Of a DNA stretch of 64,000 nt, positions 17,563-25,889 are shown one piece after another. The first letter of the stretch is position 1; each line of letters begins with the position of its first letter. This DNA is from a bacterium (GTDB lineage: Bacteria > UBA10199 > 2-02-FULL-50-16 > JAJFLM01), in contig CBDCFN010000016.1 in assembly GCA_965216315.1 (NCBI GenBank), positions 2,176,001-2,240,000 of the forward strand. The letters run 5' to 3'. Below the pieces are notes generated by a model. The model ran no database searches, was not told the origin of the DNA, and worked only from the letters and a program-made list of their open reading frames with translations. The position numbers and the translations under genes were made by a program.

Positions 17563-20500
17563 CTAGGAAGGTAAACTCGAACGCATCAGGCCGACGAACG
17601 CAGGGTCAATATCACTGGCACCGCCCCGCAGCAACGGCTGCCGTTCCCATAAGTTGATAAGGTGTTCAACGGCCCGACGCCGTGCCGCTTCATCGCGCGC
17701 CGCCCAGTCATCAAGTTCATCGGCAAGAATGGCCTCGACCTTGGCTTCACGGGTCAGCGGTGGTTTTACAAATAGACTGACGAAGGCTTCCGTAATCTCC
17801 GGCGCCCCATCACGCAAGAGTTCATGGCGTTCCCACATCGCAATAATACGCTGGACCTCCACTTGTTGCTGGGGGGCATCCAGTGAATCCCAGTTAGGGG
17901 ACACGGTCGCAAGAATCGCGGCGACCTTGTCTTCACGGGTCGGTTCCGGTGCGGACTCCGGCTCTGGCGGCGCAATGACGGCGCGGACAAAGTCCTCCGT
18001 AATCTCCGTCACACTCACATCCTGTCGCTGCGCCCACTGATCGAGAACTTGCGCCACAAGACTTTGCTGCGCCTGAGCGTCCTGCTCGTCCCAATCCGGT
18101 GCCACCTCGGCAAGAAATTGGGCGACCTTTTCTTCAGAGCTCGGCTCCGGCGGCTTCACAAAGAGACGCACGAAAGCTTCGGTAATCTCCGTCGCTCCAT
18201 CGCGTAACATTTCGTGGCGCGCCCACATTTCAATAATGCCGTGAATCTCACGTTGCTGGGCGGCACTGTCGTATGAATCCCAGTCGGGAGAAACCACGGA
18301 AAGAATCTGCGCCACTCTTTCTTCGCGGCTGATGCGCGGCTCTTGACCCTTGATCATAAAATGCGCTTCGGGATGCTGCGTTAAATACAGCTCCGTCATG
18401 CTGCGCACAAAGTCGTCGTTGATCTCCGTCGCTCCCGCGCGCAAGAGCGGAATCTTTTCCCATTTATTCAGGATGTAGTCACTCAAGACCTGGTCCTTAT
18501 CCTCTTGAGGTTGATAGTTCTCCAACAACTCGTAAAGCGCGCGATCGACAGTAAAATGTTGAAAATGTTGCGCATGCTCGGTGACGAGAACCACTCGCGA
18601 TCCGGGACCACTCTGGGGCGCACTCAACGGGCTGTCGCCGTAGGCTTGATCCCAATCCTGAAGCGCCAGATCACTGGCCAACAGGGCCTGATAGGAGGGC
18701 ATTTCCGTGAGCGCCTTGACCACGCGCATCGCACTACCGATGCGGTGGCTCTCTTCGAGCGTCAATATTTCGCTGACCCCAATGTCGGATTGCTGATCGG
18801 GATGGACTCTTTCCTTGGCGGCCAATAGATCATTCATCGCCTCTAAGAGACGGGCGCGCATTTCGTTCCCTTCAGGGAGGAAATAGTACACGTTATGAAA
18901 CTGATCGTGCTTGTCTTGAAAAAGCCGGCGAATCACGCGTCCACGCGGTGGCGGTTGCGTCGCACCTGATGGCGGCAACGGCGGAGGCTCCGGTGGACGA
19001 ATTTCATTAACAAGTGGCAGCGGTTCGGCCTCGCCGTCGTCAACCGCGGCAACATCCGGCTCCGATGAAACGATATCGTCATCATCGACACCCAACAACT
19101 CGACGTCATCAACATTGGCATATTCGTCATCATCCGCGTCAAACGCGGCGATCCCCACTTGGACCGCCATATGGGCGTGAAAATCCGATCGCAAGCCCGC
19201 GGGATGAGCCACCGGATAGGTCCTGAGATCGACTTTGCGGGTACGGATCCTAAAATAAGCCCTTAAATACGCCTCGGGAAGTCCCTCTTGGGGCGACGCA
19301 TCAAGATCGACCCCCTCTTGCGCCCAGAACTGTGCCTTCACAACATGGTCGAGATAACCGTAGATCTGCACGGCCGCCGTCAGCTCACGCGGATGATGGA
19401 CCAACGTGCGGACGGCTTCGGAATCATGTTGACTGATAAATAAGAGCAAGGGGAGCAGTTCCAACACGCGGTCGCTCTGCTCCATCACGAATTGACCGGA
19501 ATCATCGTGATCGGCCAACGTTTCCCAGGTCGTAAAAAATAAACGTAAATAAGCCAGGGGCAATTCCGCGCCGCGTTTTCCCTCGATCGTCCAGAAGGCC
19601 GCACGCTGCTGTTGCGTCATGCGTTCCCACGCACGAATCGCCGCCTCACGAATGATGTTCTGCTTGGCCTCTTCCTTATCCTGATAGGCCACCATGGGCT
19701 CGGATTGATGCGCATCCGTCGGTAATAACGCCGTAATGTAGTGATGCACCCCTTGACTGCGAAGGGTCCGCAGCTGCTGCAAGCGCGACCGAATCGATTC
19801 TTCAAAGTTCTCACGATCGACCAAACGATCATCGTGGATGGACTTGGGATCCAACTCATAAGCAATCAAGAGATCGAGGTCTTGATACGCCGCCAAGGCA
19901 TCTTCGAGGAGTTTCTTTTGTTCCCCTAAATTATTGGCTTCGATCGTCGCGGTGAGGTCTTGGATAGCCCCCTGAAGCCGGGTCTCACGGATCCGGCGAA
20001 TTTGCGTCTCGCGTTCCGGCCCTGCCGAGCTGCCACTCCAGAAATAACCGAGCATGACATCGGAACCGAGCTCCGGATCGACGGGCCGCTTGCGCGGCAT
20101 GGCTGAATGCTGCTGCGGCATGCCCGTGGGATCCAACGGATAATCCGGCGCGGATTCAAAGGTATCGGGCGCCACCGTTTCCAGACCCAACAAGGCACTA
20201 CCCGTATAGCGCAAGAGCTTGTTCCCCATCACGGAAATGACATCCTGGGACTCAAGCTTGAGGTAGCGTTCACTCGAAACCTTGAGCGGCTTGCCATCAC
20301 GAATCACAGTCGTCCCAAAATCCGATTCATTATCAATGAGCCAGTAGCTGTCGTCGGGAAGAATCCGCACTTCGGCCTGAAGATCAGATACCAAATCATG
20401 AACGGCTTTTTTCTCGGGGTTGATCCGCCAATGGCCGTCCTTGACCTTGCGACCGATTCCAAACAGGTGTTGGACCGGTCTTTTTTCCAGGTCGTGAATC

Positions 20501-20937
20501 GGCAGGCGTACGGCGGTCGCTTGGGGGGCCGGCGTCGGCTCCTCCTGTTGGGCCTTACGGGCTAAAAACCAATTGCGAATCTGGCGGCCGAAGAGAATGG
20601 CCGTCCCGACAACCGCAACCGCAACACCAATACCGACGGACTTGGCTTCGGGAGAGCAACCCGTCATCATCATCGCACTGGCGACGAGAGGAATGAATTC
20701 CGCCCGCGAGGGAGTCCGCGCGCGTTCCGGTGTCCGGACGAGTAAATGCTGTGCCGGGCTGGCGACCGGCGCTGACAGTGCCGTATCAGGAGCCGGAGGC
20801 GCAGTGGTTAATTCGGTATTAAGGGGAAGTCCCTGAGTCGCGGGCGTCGACGTGGACGTCGAGGCGAGCACGCTCGAACCCATCCCTTGGGAGAGACTCA
20901 ATAAATTCATGCTCGTTCCGCCGGCTAGTAAATTCAT
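17563..20937 (-). CDS. TM + degenerate FHA domain + five tandem helical modules
   Basis: 1124 aa (alternative start 20910); Ser/Thr-rich N-terminus, TM VGIGVAVAVVGTAILFG, FHA-like GIGR...WLIDNESDFGT, acidic/Pro linker, 5 repeats of W..H.LLRDGA.EITEAFV. Confidence 0.8.
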   Translation of the reverse strand: MNLLAGGTSMNLLSLSQGMGSSVLASTSTSTPATQGLPLNTELTTAPPAPDTALSAPVASPAQHLLVRTPERARTPSRAEFIPLVASAMMMTGCSPEAKSVGIGVAVAVVGTAILFGRQIRNWFLARKAQQEEPTPAPQATAVRLPIHDLEKRPVQHLFGIGRKVKDGHWRINPEKKAVHDLVSDLQAEVRILPDDSYWLIDNESDFGTTVIRDGKPLKVSSERYLKLESQDVISVMGNKLLRYTGSALLGLETVAPDTFESAPDYPLDPTGMPQQHSAMPRKRPVDPELGSDVMLGYFWSGSSAGPERETQIRRIRETRLQGAIQDLTATIEANNLGEQKKLLEDALAAYQDLDLLIAYELDPKSIHDDRLVDRENFEESIRSRLQQLRTLRSQGVHHYITALLPTDAHQSEPMVAYQDKEEAKQNIIREAAIRAWERMTQQQRAAFWTIEGKRGAELPLAYLRLFFTTWETLADHDDSGQFVMEQSDRVLELLPLLLFISQHDSEAVRTLVHHPRELTAAVQIYGYLDHVVKAQFWAQEGVDLDASPQEGLPEAYLRAYFRIRTRKVDLRTYPVAHPAGLRSDFHAHMAVQVGIAAFDADDDEYANVDDVELLGVDDDDIVSSEPDVAAVDDGEAEPLPLVNEIRPPEPPPLPPSGATQPPPRGRVIRRLFQDKHDQFHNVYYFLPEGNEMRARLLEAMNDLLAAKERVHPDQQSDIGVSEILTLEESHRIGSAMRVVKALTEMPSYQALLASDLALQDWDQAYGDSPLSAPQSGPGSRVVLVTEHAQHFQHFTVDRALYELLENYQPQEDKDQVLSDYILNKWEKIPLLRAGATEINDDFVRSMTELYLTQHPEAHFMIKGQEPRISREERVAQILSVVSPDWDSYDSAAQQREIHGIIEMWARHEMLRDGATEITEAFVRLFVKPPEPSSEEKVAQFLAEVAPDWDEQDAQAQQSLVAQVLDQWAQRQDVSVTEITEDFVRAVIAPPEPESAPEPTREDKVAAILATVSPNWDSLDAPQQQVEVQRIIAMWERHELLRDGAPEITEAFVSLFVKPPLTREAKVEAILADELDDWAARDEAARRRAVEHLINLWERQPLLRGGASDIDPAFVGLMRSSLPS

Positions 20938-21022
20938 AGAACTGTAGGACTCCGCATCCGTCAGGAACTGTATTAATTAGATAATAAATACAGGTAGTTA
21001 CTAAAATTCATCTCGCAAGCCC

Positions 21023-21049
21023 GTATCGGCACAAGATTGCGAAAGTTGC
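21023..21049 (-). promoter_or_regulatory. sigma-28-like bipartite promoter motif
   Basis: GCAACTTT-CGCAATCTTGT-GCCGATAC. Confidence 0.75.
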
Positions 21050-21085
21050 TAAGCCGGAGGGGTCAAATGTTGACGAAAGTAAACG

Positions 21086-21127
21086 AAAAAGCCCCGTGAG
21101 CTGGCGGTTAAACCGATCTCACGGGGC
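21086..21127 (-). terminator. Intrinsic terminator (repeat-family hairpin)
   Basis: GCCCCGTGAG...CTCACGGGGC stem followed by TTTTT on the minus strand, 30 nt after the stop at 21158. Confidence 0.75.
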
Positions 21128-21157
21128 GTTCCCTCTACTAAACTACTTGTTTCGGAC

Positions 21158-23242
21158 CTAGCGGCCTCTGCGGAGGCGATCGCGACGATCACGCGCCCGG
21201 TCGGTATCCAGATGTTCAAGTCCGGAGAGACCGTGGCCGCTGCTCGCGACGTGCGTGGCAATCTCAGTCCGCATCGCTTCGCTGATCCGGCGATGAATTT
21301 CCGCTTCACGACGGTCCGTGTTCCAATCAGCATGGTCGCGTTCCACTTGGCTGCGCGCCTGCGTCTCGAACGCACTAAAGAGGGGACGAAGCTCTTGAAT
21401 CGCGGAGAGGCGCGCCTCTGCCGGCAAAGCTCCATAACCGGGTAATTGGGAACGAAGATGCAGTTCGATCGCGGCATCGGTTCCACTGGAACCCTGGAGT
21501 GCCGCACGATCCCGCAAGAGACCGTCTAACTGCGCATCCGTCCAACCGGCTCCGCGCAGCGAAGTCAGTTCCGCCGCATCAAAACGATCGGCGTAGGCAT
21601 CAGCTGGAGGCGGTGTCGCGCCCGCGGGTGGATTATTCGCCGGTGGTGGTGTATTCCCTGCCGGCGGTGGCGTCGAACCACCGGAGCCGTTGCCGCCGCT
21701 GCTTCTACCGCGTATCGGTGCATCGGCATTGCCGCGTCCGACCGCATCGCGGACCTGCTCAATAAGATTATTCACTTGGTCTGTATTCGGAGCCGAGGGG
21801 CGGTCTGACGTATTCGCGCTACGAACCGCCGCTTCAAAACTACTCCGGTCCTCGCTACTGAATTGACTGAGATCACGTCGATCCGACTTGAGCAGGGCGG
21901 CTTCCGCACGTCCCGCTTCACTATCGGCATAAACTTGCCGTAAGACATGATCCGTCGCCGCATCAATCATCCCGACTGGGGGAACACCGTCAACTTGACC
22001 TGTTGTCGGACGACCGGCGGCATCCCAACGGCGCATCGCTTCTTGAGCAATGACGCTGTCGTAAATTCTCCGGCCCTCACCATCCTTTAAATTCGGATAG
22101 CGCATGCGGACAAAACTCTGGATGTGCGATTCACGCACCCGGTTTCTGGTGGCTTCCTGAGTCGCGGCGCGATTCTGGAGAAAGCGCCTACCAAGATAGA
22201 TACCCCCTAAACCGAGGACAACCGCTCCCGGGATGGCAATATTAGAATTGTCACTAAACCACGAGGAAATGCGCTGCCATACAGTCGGCTCCGGCGTTGG
22301 TGCCGGTGGCCGGGCATTGACCGTGATCTCCCGGGTCTGGATCGTCCCATCACCGTCACGGACGGAAACGGTATGCGTCCCGACACCCAGCGTCGGAACA
22401 TAGGTTCCGGTGCCGGTCAGGGCTTGAACACGGGTTTCACCGACGTACACGGCGGTTCCTTCCGGCCAAGCGGACAACCCGGCATCGCTCGGACGTATCG
22501 TCAAACCGGTCGGCGTCTCCCCTTCCGTCATCGTCAGGGCCGTAAGATTCCGCGTCGTACGCGGCGGCACGCCTTGGTTCTGATCCAAGAATACAGCGAT
22601 TCCTAAGAGCGCGTGCATATAACGGATCAGCTTTTCACCCTTGGCCTGTTGGGTCGCACGACCGCGGAAGGCGCGGGTCACAAACTCAATAAAGTCACGA
22701 CGGGAAATCACGTCGGCGTTGCCATCGGGATTGAAGCGATCGCCGACATCCGGATTCAGGCCGCGGAAAATATTGATGACGTTGAGGGCATCATAAAGCT
22801 CGTAGTTGGTCACCTGTTGTGGGGTCAGCGTATTCAAGTAGGCCGTAACCGCTTCTTCACCACCATCGGTCCGACGGCGGCCGACTTCGGCCCAGGTCGC
22901 CTGTGCTGCCGTCGCATTGTACCCAAGCTGACTGGTCAGACAGGTCAACAGCGCCTGGTCGTTCGCATAGAGTATTCCGACGTTAAAACCGCTGCGTTCT
23001 GAGGTGTTTCCTCGGCGGTCTGCCGTTGCCGAAAGATAACGGGTAAATGAATCGAAGCTCCCTGAAGGAACCGTGTAGCGTCCCGATAAATCCGGATCGA
23101 GATTGCTGATCTGGTTCGGCGGCATTTGGTTGGCACCACCGTGCTGGGGTGCGACACCAAGTCGCTGATAGATTGCCGCAAGGCCACGCGCCTCACTTAA
23201 AATTGCTGGATTAACTTGATTCGGTCTACATTCATTAACCAT
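21158..23242 (-). CDS. Single-pass membrane protein: EF-hand-like and Ig-like N-part, C-terminal LPAEARL module, Arg-rich tail
   Basis: 694 aa; NPDGNADVISRRDF, GTHTVSVRDGDG, TM IAIPGAVVLGLGGIYLGRRF; ends LRRGR. Confidence 0.8.
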   Translation of the reverse strand: MVNECRPNQVNPAILSEARGLAAIYQRLGVAPQHGGANQMPPNQISNLDPDLSGRYTVPSGSFDSFTRYLSATADRRGNTSERSGFNVGILYANDQALLTCLTSQLGYNATAAQATWAEVGRRRTDGGEEAVTAYLNTLTPQQVTNYELYDALNVINIFRGLNPDVGDRFNPDGNADVISRRDFIEFVTRAFRGRATQQAKGEKLIRYMHALLGIAVFLDQNQGVPPRTTRNLTALTMTEGETPTGLTIRPSDAGLSAWPEGTAVYVGETRVQALTGTGTYVPTLGVGTHTVSVRDGDGTIQTREITVNARPPAPTPEPTVWQRISSWFSDNSNIAIPGAVVLGLGGIYLGRRFLQNRAATQEATRNRVRESHIQSFVRMRYPNLKDGEGRRIYDSVIAQEAMRRWDAAGRPTTGQVDGVPPVGMIDAATDHVLRQVYADSEAGRAEAALLKSDRRDLSQFSSEDRSSFEAAVRSANTSDRPSAPNTDQVNNLIEQVRDAVGRGNADAPIRGRSSGGNGSGGSTPPPAGNTPPPANNPPAGATPPPADAYADRFDAAELTSLRGAGWTDAQLDGLLRDRAALQGSSGTDAAIELHLRSQLPGYGALPAEARLSAIQELRPLFSAFETQARSQVERDHADWNTDRREAEIHRRISEAMRTEIATHVASSGHGLSGLEHLDTDRARDRRDRLRRGR

Positions 23243-23317
23243 TTTACTAACCCCTTATGGCTGTAATTAAGATTCTTCTCTCTCCGTAAAATATACTGTC
23301 CACTTCCACCTTAGTTG

Positions 23318-23346
23318 TGCGGCGCCGGCTTTGAACCGGCGCCGCA
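23318..23346. terminator. Strong intergenic hairpin (attenuator or mRNA stabiliser)
   Basis: TGCGGCGCCGG-CTTTGAA-CCGGCGCCGCA right after the stop at 23360; no clear U-tract. Confidence 0.5.
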
Positions 23347-23359
23347 TCACGATAAGGAA

Positions 23360-25381
23360 TTAGAAGTTAAGGCCACCGCCGCGGTTTCCACCACCGCCGC
23401 CGCCTTGGCGACGGATGCTAACCGTACCGGCGGTCACCGAGGATCCAACCAGAGTGGTCCCACTCAACGGCTGAATCGTAACGCTGAAGTCTTGACGACG
23501 TCCGGCGCGTCCACCCGTATTCCAGGTCTTCGGGCGTCCGGTCAGCGTGATGTTATTCACACCGGCCGTCAGCGTCACATCTTCCGTGTGAGTTCCGACG
23601 GTGATCCGTGCAGGACCGGCGATGTCGCTCGTTACGCGAAGCGTAATCGAATCATTCGCGTAGTAACTGGCTGTCGAAGTCACGCTCGCCGAGCTCAGCG
23701 TCGCATGTGCGGGTGCTGCCGGAGTCATGGCAACTGTCACGTTCCCTAAGTTCAATGAACCGAGCGTCACAAAGACGTTTGCCGAGTTACCGGCGGTCAA
23801 GCCCAATGCGGTAACCTGAGACTTGGTCAGGTTCACATCAAGAGATCCGCCGACCGGAATATTATTCGGGACCTCAATCGTCGCAATCACGCGACCATTG
23901 CTGGTCTTAACCTGAATCCGCGAACCGGCCGCAATCTCCGTCCGGGCCACCACGCGCCCGATCCGGCCAATAATCGTGTCATCCGTCGCCGCATCGCGTA
24001 CAGCCTCATCGGTAACGGTGAGATTATGGGGTTCCCAGGTCTGCGGATTCTGCGGCGTCTCTGAGCGATTGATCTCGATGACAGCCGTCCAGTAAACGGT
24101 TCCACTCGAATCACGGACTTCAACCGTGTTGCGATCTTCCGTCAACAAACCTTCATCAACGACCAGCGGATTGTTACCCGACGGGCGGATATTGGTATCA
24201 CGTCCGTTAACGCGAACCGTGGACCCAGGTCTCCATCCGCCTTCAGGCGCAGTGAAGGAACCTTCGGCACCCGGTGCGACACGCGTCGTTCCAGCATCAT
24301 GGGGTCCAACCTCCCGGGTCCGCTCATCCGCAACCGGAGGTGTCACCCCGCCCGTGTCGCTGGAACCACCGAAGTACCAGGTCAAACCACCCATGACGCG
24401 GTGATCAGCTTGTCCAAAACTACTGCTCCCGCGGTTGGAGGGATTAAACCAAGTGTATCCCGGTGAATAAGCAAGATTTAACTGAACGGCATGATTCTGA
24501 CCGGCAATGATATCATAGCCGAGGCCGAGAATTCCGCGCAGGTTCATGACGGTACCACCACCAGCATCAATGGAATTACCAACCGCTGGATTCCACAGTC
24601 CACAAAGGCCCGTGTTGTAGCTCGAACCGGCGTCATTACCGCGGCCTAATTCGCCTTCAGTCCCGCTGGGTGTCGTCTCGGTGCAGTTGCCCATCGAGGA
24701 CAGGCTACCGACGCCAAACTCACCACCGGCAAAAAGGCTGAGGTTTCTCGCCGCCGTCGCATGAAAAGGATAAAAGCGCGCGAGGGCTCCCAAGTGCCAC
24801 ATAAAACTGGAAGCACTCGAATCAAAGCTCTCGCCACCGGGAGTCAGGCCGGTACCAGCTAAATGCTGTCCGCCGATGCCGGTGTAGAAGTTTCCTGCAA
24901 TCCAGGGAGTATTGGGACTAAAAACGTCTAGGTGAAACTGGAGGTCACCGCCGCCGCCGCTATGAGCAACATCGCCAGAACCGAATTGACCAAAACCGCG
25001 GAGACCGAGACCATAGCGAACCCGCGTGCTGCGATCCGTCGAAGTTGGATTGGGATCTGTGGTCGGGTTGGGATCCGTTGTCGGATTGGGATCCGTCGTC
25101 GGATTGGGATCCGTCGTCGCGTCTGCGACGATACGTGAATCAGCGGTATCGCCGTTCAGTTGGGCATAAGTAAATGTCTGACCATTGACCACGACAGTAT
25201 AATCGGTCGGGTTAACCGTTGTCCCGCCAGTACTCGCAGCCGTTGCCGTATCCCTGATTCGAGCTGCCAATTGCCGCGCTTCTGCAACCGTTAATACATT
25301 TGCATCATTATTGCGTTCAGTAATTGCAACTGATACAGGATCAGCTCCGCTCCGAACAACGCTATAGTTAGTATCTGCCAT
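23360..25381 (-). CDS. Outer-membrane beta-barrel-like domain + Ig-like domains, no signal peptide
   Basis: RBS AGGAGG before ATG 25381; amphipathic Gly/aromatic strands from RYGLGLRG to GGLTWYF; Thr/Val-rich beta-sandwich-like C-terminus. Confidence 0.7.
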   Translation of the reverse strand: MADTNYSVVRSGADPVSVAITERNNDANVLTVAEARQLAARIRDTATAASTGGTTVNPTDYTVVVNGQTFTYAQLNGDTADSRIVADATTDPNPTTDPNPTTDPNPTTDPNPTSTDRSTRVRYGLGLRGFGQFGSGDVAHSGGGGDLQFHLDVFSPNTPWIAGNFYTGIGGQHLAGTGLTPGGESFDSSASSFMWHLGALARFYPFHATAARNLSLFAGGEFGVGSLSSMGNCTETTPSGTEGELGRGNDAGSSYNTGLCGLWNPAVGNSIDAGGGTVMNLRGILGLGYDIIAGQNHAVQLNLAYSPGYTWFNPSNRGSSSFGQADHRVMGGLTWYFGGSSDTGGVTPPVADERTREVGPHDAGTTRVAPGAEGSFTAPEGGWRPGSTVRVNGRDTNIRPSGNNPLVVDEGLLTEDRNTVEVRDSSGTVYWTAVIEINRSETPQNPQTWEPHNLTVTDEAVRDAATDDTIIGRIGRVVARTEIAAGSRIQVKTSNGRVIATIEVPNNIPVGGSLDVNLTKSQVTALGLTAGNSANVFVTLGSLNLGNVTVAMTPAAPAHATLSSASVTSTASYYANDSITLRVTSDIAGPARITVGTHTEDVTLTAGVNNITLTGRPKTWNTGGRAGRRQDFSVTIQPLSGTTLVGSSVTAGTVSIRRQGGGGGGNRGGGLNF
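25043..25118 (-). repeat. 18-bp coding tandem repeat (TTDPNP x4)
   Basis: Encodes TTDPNPTTDPNPTTDPNPTTDPNPT. Confidence 0.9.
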
Positions 25382-25488
25382 GGTGGTCCTCCTAAAAGTC
25401 CTAGCTTATAAATTCCTCAAATAAATCCCTGTTGAAAAAGTCCTCGCACAGACACGAAAAAATATTCGTTTGCCTTGCACGTAGAAAC

Positions 25489-25515
25489 TTATCGGGTTCC
25501 CAAAAAAGAAGTTGC
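25489..25515 (-). promoter_or_regulatory. sigma-28-like bipartite promoter motif
   Basis: GCAACTTC-TTTTTTGGGAA-CCCGATAA upstream of 25381. Confidence 0.75.
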
Positions 25516-25889
25516 TAAAAAACAAGGGGATAATCCGCGCGTGCTAAGTCGCAGATTACTAATGATAAAGCGGTTATTCTCGGATATTCCCGCAGGCAAT
25601 TTTGCGAAAATTCGAAAGGAAAACACAAGGAAAACGCAATGATAGCTTCCCGGAATACGGGAGTATACGCTAATTTGACCGCGCGATTGACATAAGCACC
25701 AAAAAAGTCTCTTCTTGCGACGCTTGGGCGGGGATCCACCTTATACACGACTGATTAAATATTCATGAGCGAACGCGTTTCGAAATCTAAACCAGCTCCC
25801 TCAATTAACAAGCAACTTTTCCTGTTTCCGGACGACGATCAGCCAGCTAAGGGGACTAAAGTTTTTACCTTTTTTTTCGGAGGAAAACC

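Noticed and set aside
20650..20725. SRAEFIPLVASAMMMTGC as a Tat/lipoprotein signal
   Set aside because: It lies ~80-95 residues inside the ORF, lacks the twin Arg, and I see no suitable start codon with an RBS just upstream. It could be vestigial.
89..24837. Plus-strand and alternative-frame ORFs of 60-220 aa over the island genes
   Set aside because: Antisense or frame shadows of long GC-rich ORFs whose paralogy, RBSs and promoters support the minus-strand frames.
1..25400. Prophage or integrative element explanation for the island
   Set aside because: No integrase, terminase, capsid, tail, relaxase or transposase motifs; genes have individual promoters shared with loci outside the island.
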